A stretch of 64,000 bases of DNA. Origin: Bacteroidia bacterium (GTDB lineage: Bacteria; Bacteroidota; Bacteroidia; NS11-12g; UBA9320). The notes beneath the pieces were generated by a model. It was not told where the DNA came from. It worked only from the letters and a program-made list of their open reading frames with translations, and made no database searches. Shown piece after piece: positions 59,542 to 64,000 of this stretch. The position numbers and the translations under genes are program-made. Location of the stretch: assembly GCA_965216465.1 (NCBI GenBank), contig CBDCFW010000006.1, positions 1 to 64,000 of the forward strand, given 5' to 3'. How positions within the stretch are numbered: position 1 is the stretch's first letter; each line of letters starts with the position of its first letter.

Positions 59542-60209
59542 TTTTTGTTGTTCAAGTAAATAGCTTCTGCAATCAAAAATTCTTGTTCTGTATCAATATC
59601 TTGAGCTTCAATCTGCTCAGTTTCAAACATCAACGGACGATCACCTATTCTATTATGCTTGTTCCTTAAGATTTCTTCGGTAAATAGATAAATGCATGAA
59701 TTTTCCTCATAAACAGGAGGAAGATCTTGAGTTGGCAGCAATATATTCGGGTTGTGATTCAGCGGTTGCGTTAGCTCATTCCATAATCGGGTTTGGAGTC
59801 TGGTGACACTAAATAATGAATCATAAATTGGATATTTATCTAAGAACTGTCCAATGGCTTTGTCAATACTCTCAACTGTTAGCAATGGGTTGGTGCTGTG
59901 CGTTTGAAGATAGAAATTAGATTCAACTTGAGAAATCGTATTCAACAACACATCGTTCATTGGGGTATCTCCAGGGCGCAGGTGCTCTGGCCTTAGTAAG
60001 ACCTTAACATCTGGATATTCTTCATTCAGTTTATCCATGATGGTTTGGCTATCGGTGTCGACCACAACTTGATCTATTTTTGAGCTTTTCAGCAGCGTTT
60101 GCAAGATGTGTTCAAATAATAACTTATCTCCAAACTGTCGGTAGTTTTTGCCCGGCACACGCTCGCTTGAGTGCTTCATTGGCAATATTGCAACTATATT
60201 ATTTTTCAT
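59538..60209 (-). CDS. Acylneuraminate cytidylyltransferase family protein (NeuA/KdsB-like)
   Basis: PMKHSSERVPGKN, DTDS, QTHSTNPLL, TQDLPPVYEENS, DIDT. Confidence 0.9.
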   Translation of the reverse strand: MKNNIVAILPMKHSSERVPGKNYRQFGDKLLFEHILQTLLKSSKIDQVVVDTDSQTIMDKLNEEYPDVKVLLRPEHLRPGDTPMNDVLLNTISQVESNFYLQTHSTNPLLTVESIDKAIGQFLDKYPIYDSLFSVTRLQTRLWNELTQPLNHNPNILLPTQDLPPVYEENSCIYLFTEEILRNKHNRIGDRPLMFETEQIEAQDIDTEQEFLIAEAIYLNNKK

Positions 60210-60849
60210 TGATTTCTGTCAGTATGGCTCTGCACGGAGCCGCTTCTAATTCATTTAGTTTTAAAGGAAGGCAAATTAAATTATACCAACCCTCCGTTAC
60301 TTCTGTTAAGTTAATCGTTTCGAGTAAGACCGTGTCATTTTTAAGCAATTCACGATGTGTATCGTTGTGCTCATAAAATCCTTGTATTGATAAATAATCA
60401 ACACCCACCAAGTCAATATTACGCTTAACCAATGCCCTTGCTCCATCTAGGTTAAGTGCAACGAATCTATCCTCAAATGTATGTCCGTCTTTTGTCCAAA
60501 GCTTAGAGTTCTTGGTTTTGAATAGAACCTTTTCTACCCCCTCTGGAAGCTCATCTATAATTCGAGATGAAATTACATCAGCATCTCCACATTCTTTAAC
60601 AAAGCACTTGCCCAATAACTTTGAAAGCGGAATTGATTCAATAGTTTTACCTTCCTTTAAAAAGTGAAGAGGAGCATCAATATGAGTTCCGCAATGCACA
60701 TCCATTTGAATTGATGAAACATTTGCTTCTACCTCGTCATTAATTTCCATTTCTTTTCGAGAACTAAACCCTAAGCTATTAGGCCACTTCACCAGGTTTG
60801 CTGAAAGGTTTACTGATATGTCGATTGGGTTCTTAATCACGGTAGTCAA
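60199..60849 (-). CDS. Cyclase / kynurenine-formamidase family metal-dependent hydrolase
   Basis: HCGTHIDAPLH, VGVDYLSI, H...LLE, LPLKL...APCRA. Confidence 0.92.
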   Translation of the reverse strand: MTTVIKNPIDISVNLSANLVKWPNSLGFSSRKEMEINDEVEANVSSIQMDVHCGTHIDAPLHFLKEGKTIESIPLSKLLGKCFVKECGDADVISSRIIDELPEGVEKVLFKTKNSKLWTKDGHTFEDRFVALNLDGARALVKRNIDLVGVDYLSIQGFYEHNDTHRELLKNDTVLLETINLTEVTEGWYNLICLPLKLNELEAAPCRAILTEINEK

Positions 60850-61777
60850 TTGATTTTTGATTTTCAGAATTTACATTGGTTCTTTCTGTGCTAGGCGGGT
60901 AATAGTACTTTTTTCTCAATTTTTCATCCAGTTTAACATTGGTCTCTCTGTAGCCTGCATAGGTGCCCATAAACTGATTGTGTCGAAACATAAATATTTC
61001 CCGAAAGTACTTAAAAAACTTACCTTCCTTAGCCGCTTGTTGCAAGTCATGCACAACATTAATAACCATCAATTGAGTGAGGTCCCATAAACCAAATTTT
61101 GACTCTGGATTTATTTTAGTTAAGGCAATAGCTTCTCTTCGATATCTATTTCTAATGTTTGCAGCTTTTTCTTCGTGCACGTGAATTATTGTGGCCTTGC
61201 CTTCATATGCAAGTTTGTAACCTTTGGTCTGAATTTTTTTCGCCCAATCAAGGTCTTCCAATCCTGTAAGTTCTTCGTCAAATTGCTGTTCTAACCATAA
61301 CGATTTACGAACCGCACAATTGGCATTGTTACAGAACGGAATTTGTTGGTCGTAGTTTGATTCATCAGGGAACCATTGTTTAAAGATTTGATGTTCAGAA
61401 AATTTATTGCGATGGTCTCCACGCTGTTTACCATAAACAAGCGCAACCTTTTCATCATTAATAAAAGGTGCAGTCATGAGGCTTAACCAATCTTCAAACA
61501 AAGGATAAACGTGGGCACTAGCAAAAAGCAATATATCACCTGTGGCAGCCTTACATCCCACATTTAGTGCATATCCAAAAGAAAATTCTTCTGGCTTAAT
61601 CTTTATAATATTGGTATCAAACTTCGAAGCGATTGCCACAGTTGAGTCTGTAGAACCGGAATCTACCACAATCACTTCATAGTCATCGTGATCTTGATGC
61701 TCTATTCCTGTTAGTAGTTTACCGATGTGTTCTTCCTCGTTAAAACACCGAATGATGATTGAAACTTTCAAGGACAC
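60833..61777 (-). CDS. Family 2 glycosyltransferase
   Basis: VSIIIRCFNEE, VDSGSTD, LEDLDW. Confidence 0.92.
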   Translation of the reverse strand: MSLKVSIIIRCFNEEEHIGKLLTGIEHQDHDDYEVIVVDSGSTDSTVAIASKFDTNIIKIKPEEFSFGYALNVGCKAATGDILLFASAHVYPLFEDWLSLMTAPFINDEKVALVYGKQRGDHRNKFSEHQIFKQWFPDESNYDQQIPFCNNANCAVRKSLWLEQQFDEELTGLEDLDWAKKIQTKGYKLAYEGKATIIHVHEEKAANIRNRYRREAIALTKINPESKFGLWDLTQLMVINVVHDLQQAAKEGKFFKYFREIFMFRHNQFMGTYAGYRETNVKLDEKLRKKYYYPPSTERTNVNSENQKSIDYRD

Positions 61778-61788
61778 AAATTTAAGAA

Positions 61789-62997
61789 CTATTTCCTTCT
61801 AACAGATGAACTTAACTTTCTAAATATAGGGTGATAATAAATCCCTTTTATACGTTGGCTCATGCTATCTGGTTTCATCGGAAAACTTCCACTTAATAGG
61901 AGTTTCGCAATTCTTTCAGAAGGCAGGTCTTTTCTTGTTGAAGGCAAGCAGTTTTTAGCTATATATTGCTGATAATCTTGATTTTGCAACTCTCTTCCAA
62001 GCACATTTACAACAGCGACATGAAGTTCGTCTTTGTTCCTAACAAGGGTAATCACCTTTTCGTCAATTTCTAGGTTTTGATACTGCTTTTCTCCATGAGG
62101 ATTGTAGTAAATAACAGGAATATTGAAGAACAAAGCCTCATGAATCAATGAGCTAAATCGAGTGATAAGCAGTTTTGCTCCTGAAAGTTGTTCGTGTACA
62201 CTTGATGCAGAGCTGTTAATCACATTAGAAAATTTAGACAAATTGCCTTTGTCTCTAGGGTGTTGAGAAATCTGATATTCCAGATTCTGATCTTTTAAGA
62301 CATTTGTAATATCGCTTAACCATGCTTCACGTTGACTCTCAAATATGCCATAGGTAAAATTGCAATTAATTAAAACCTTATCGCCCTTACTTTGCCTTGA
62401 ATAAATGAGATGTTCATATCTCGGATTACCAGTAAGCATGGTAAGTTTTCGGTCTAGCTTTTGCAGGTAAAACGAGCCTTGTAGCATTACACTATCAGCA
62501 AAAGTCATTCGTCTGTTTTCACTAAAATCAATCATAGACTCCTGAATGCACACACTAGGAATACTGATTGACCGAGCTTGCATAATGACCCATTTAGCCA
62601 ATTTTGACCAATCGTTCAAGCAAACCAAAACATCAGGCTTAAAAGCTCTGATTTTTGATTTTGAAAAGACTTCATACGCAATCCCATCCTCATCTAACTG
62701 TTTGGCACTATTTTCCTGGTTTACAGGAGGCACAAATACTTTGAAAGAAGCTTGGTCTAGATGTTTTATAATGGGCAATGCACTTCGCACAAGAGTATCG
62801 CTTTGCAAGTAAAAAGCAACTTTGTTCTGCCTTGCAACATTCGATTGTCTTGAATCAATCTCCCATTTATATTGAGCATATGAATTTCTTATCTCCTTAG
62901 CGATTTCACCAGCGGCAGAGTCGAGCCAAATGAGTTTATCGTATTCGTGAAATAATAACGAAGCAACAGAAATATCTTGAAAGATTAGTCCTTTCAC
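61789..62997 (-). CDS. Hypothetical polysaccharide-biosynthesis protein, probable GT-B-fold ulosonic-acid transferase-like
   Basis: TGNPRY, HPRD and FSSLIHEAL motifs reminiscent of CMP-sugar-using GT-B enzymes; lies in the polysaccharide operon. Confidence 0.6.
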   Translation of the reverse strand: MKGLIFQDISVASLLFHEYDKLIWLDSAAGEIAKEIRNSYAQYKWEIDSRQSNVARQNKVAFYLQSDTLVRSALPIIKHLDQASFKVFVPPVNQENSAKQLDEDGIAYEVFSKSKIRAFKPDVLVCLNDWSKLAKWVIMQARSISIPSVCIQESMIDFSENRRMTFADSVMLQGSFYLQKLDRKLTMLTGNPRYEHLIYSRQSKGDKVLINCNFTYGIFESQREAWLSDITNVLKDQNLEYQISQHPRDKGNLSKFSNVINSSASSVHEQLSGAKLLITRFSSLIHEALFFNIPVIYYNPHGEKQYQNLEIDEKVITLVRNKDELHVAVVNVLGRELQNQDYQQYIAKNCLPSTRKDLPSERIAKLLLSGSFPMKPDSMSQRIKGIYYHPIFRKLSSSVRRK

Positions 62998-63998
62998 TCT
63001 TTAAATATAGTATTAAAGATTTTCTTCCAGACTTCGTGTTGGTTATATTCTTCTTTTATTCTGCGTTGAACCTTTTGAATGTAAGGAAGTTGCTTATCTA
63101 CATTATTCATATAGTAGATACTTTTTTCGACATACTCTTCAGGATTCATTTCTAGAACAAGGTCTGACTCATCGTAAAAATCAAGCACTCCTTCATTATC
63201 TACAACACCAAATCGACCCAGTGAGAAGACGGTCCAAAACCGATCCATAATTCCTTTTTCAACCTTCCAAGAAGTAGCATGAATTATCGGACACAGTCTT
63301 GATTGTTCTAAGATCTCAATATGCTTTTCGATCGAAACAGCTCCCAACTTGGTTCCTCTCCCTGCCAAAACAGTATTCTCTGATGAGTCAAGAACAGGTT
63401 GGAGGTAACTGTTCCATTCCTTAATATTTCCACGTGTTTCTGTGCCCCATTTGCTTCCAACAAAACCGGCATCAAATTTGAACCCGTTGATGATGGGACT
63501 TGCTTTCATTATATCCTGGTAACTCAACGTCATAGTCCCCCATGGAATCCAAAAAATGCGTTCCTTATGTTTATTAACTATTGACGCCTTTGTTGGGAAG
63601 GTATCTACATCTGATTGAGCACCGAAAGCATAGTACCGGTATCCACTATTTTCTAGGTAGTCAAGTTTCTGGTATTGTGGCCAGTGCCAGTTTTTAAAAA
63701 ACTCCAGTGGCTCATCAGTCCAATCGCGCTCGGATGCTTTGCTTCCATCAAAAGAAGTTAGCTTTTGAATAATAATACTGTCCTTATGGGGTTTGTATTT
63801 TTCAATCAACTCAATGCTATCTGGAGCGTTCCAGCAGATATACACAGCTGGTTTGCTAAAATCTATTTTGTTCGCATTTCGATGAAATGCTTCGTATCCA
63901 AGCTCTTGGAAAGTATTTTTCAGGTAATTCCAAGGCCAAAAGTTGGTATGTTTTTTCTTATAAAACGGAGGTATATATCCGACTAGGTTAATTTGCAT
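62994..63998 (-). CDS. Putative glycosyltransferase (CgeB-like C-terminal GT-B domain)
   Basis: DAGFVGS, DRFWTVFSLG, YYMNN...R tail; at the window edge, so the start is unconfirmed. Confidence 0.6.
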   Translation of the reverse strand: MQINLVGYIPPFYKKKHTNFWPWNYLKNTFQELGYEAFHRNANKIDFSKPAVYICWNAPDSIELIEKYKPHKDSIIIQKLTSFDGSKASERDWTDEPLEFFKNWHWPQYQKLDYLENSGYRYYAFGAQSDVDTFPTKASIVNKHKERIFWIPWGTMTLSYQDIMKASPIINGFKFDAGFVGSKWGTETRGNIKEWNSYLQPVLDSSENTVLAGRGTKLGAVSIEKHIEILEQSRLCPIIHATSWKVEKGIMDRFWTVFSLGRFGVVDNEGVLDFYDESDLVLEMNPEEYVEKSIYYMNNVDKQLPYIQKVQRRIKEEYNQHEVWKKIFNTIFKE

Positions 63999-64000
63999 AT

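Noticed and set aside
1-64000. CRISPR arrays, tRNA/rRNA genes, IS elements, prophage
   Set aside because: No regularly spaced repeats, cloverleaf or rRNA-like segments, transposase, integrase or phage genes were seen; intergenic gaps are short

Overview
A gene-dense, mostly housekeeping 64 kb segment of a Bacteroidota chromosome. The assignment rests on TAnnTTTG promoter boxes, a T9SS C-terminal-domain protease, a mitochondrial-type aconitase and a glsA/glsB-like acyltransferase pair; finer taxonomy cannot be read from this window. I found no rRNA, tRNA, CRISPR array, IS element or prophage. Main blocks: (i) a MarR-linked redox/Fe-S operon (FMN reductase, pirin, OsmC, YjdI-CDGSH fusion, YjdJ GNAT); (ii) hldD, a large sensor kinase and a redoxin lipoprotein; (iii) a lipoprotein fusing a CxxCH heme-c motif to a complete PHM/DBH-type copper monooxygenase ligand set; (iv) aspS, rdgB, rarA; (v) an NAD-linked Mo-formate dehydrogenase locus (fdhD, NuoE/F-like beta, alpha, mobA); (vi) iscS-iscU-iscA without iscR; (vii) pth, lolC/E, rbfA, aconitase, rpoN, an asnS with a long coiled-coil insert, folA, nadC, obgE, adk; (viii) the distal end of a surface-polysaccharide locus carrying an unusual cyclase + cytidylyltransferase + 2-hydroxyacid dehydrogenase + SDR cassette. 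Positions ~26670-28755 contain about 8-9 single-base lesions across four genes, most likely consensus/assembly errors. The best candidates for undescribed biology are the heme-c/copper monooxygenase with its possible redoxin partner and the non-canonical CMP-sugar cassette. All calls come from motif recognition by eye; no database searches were run.
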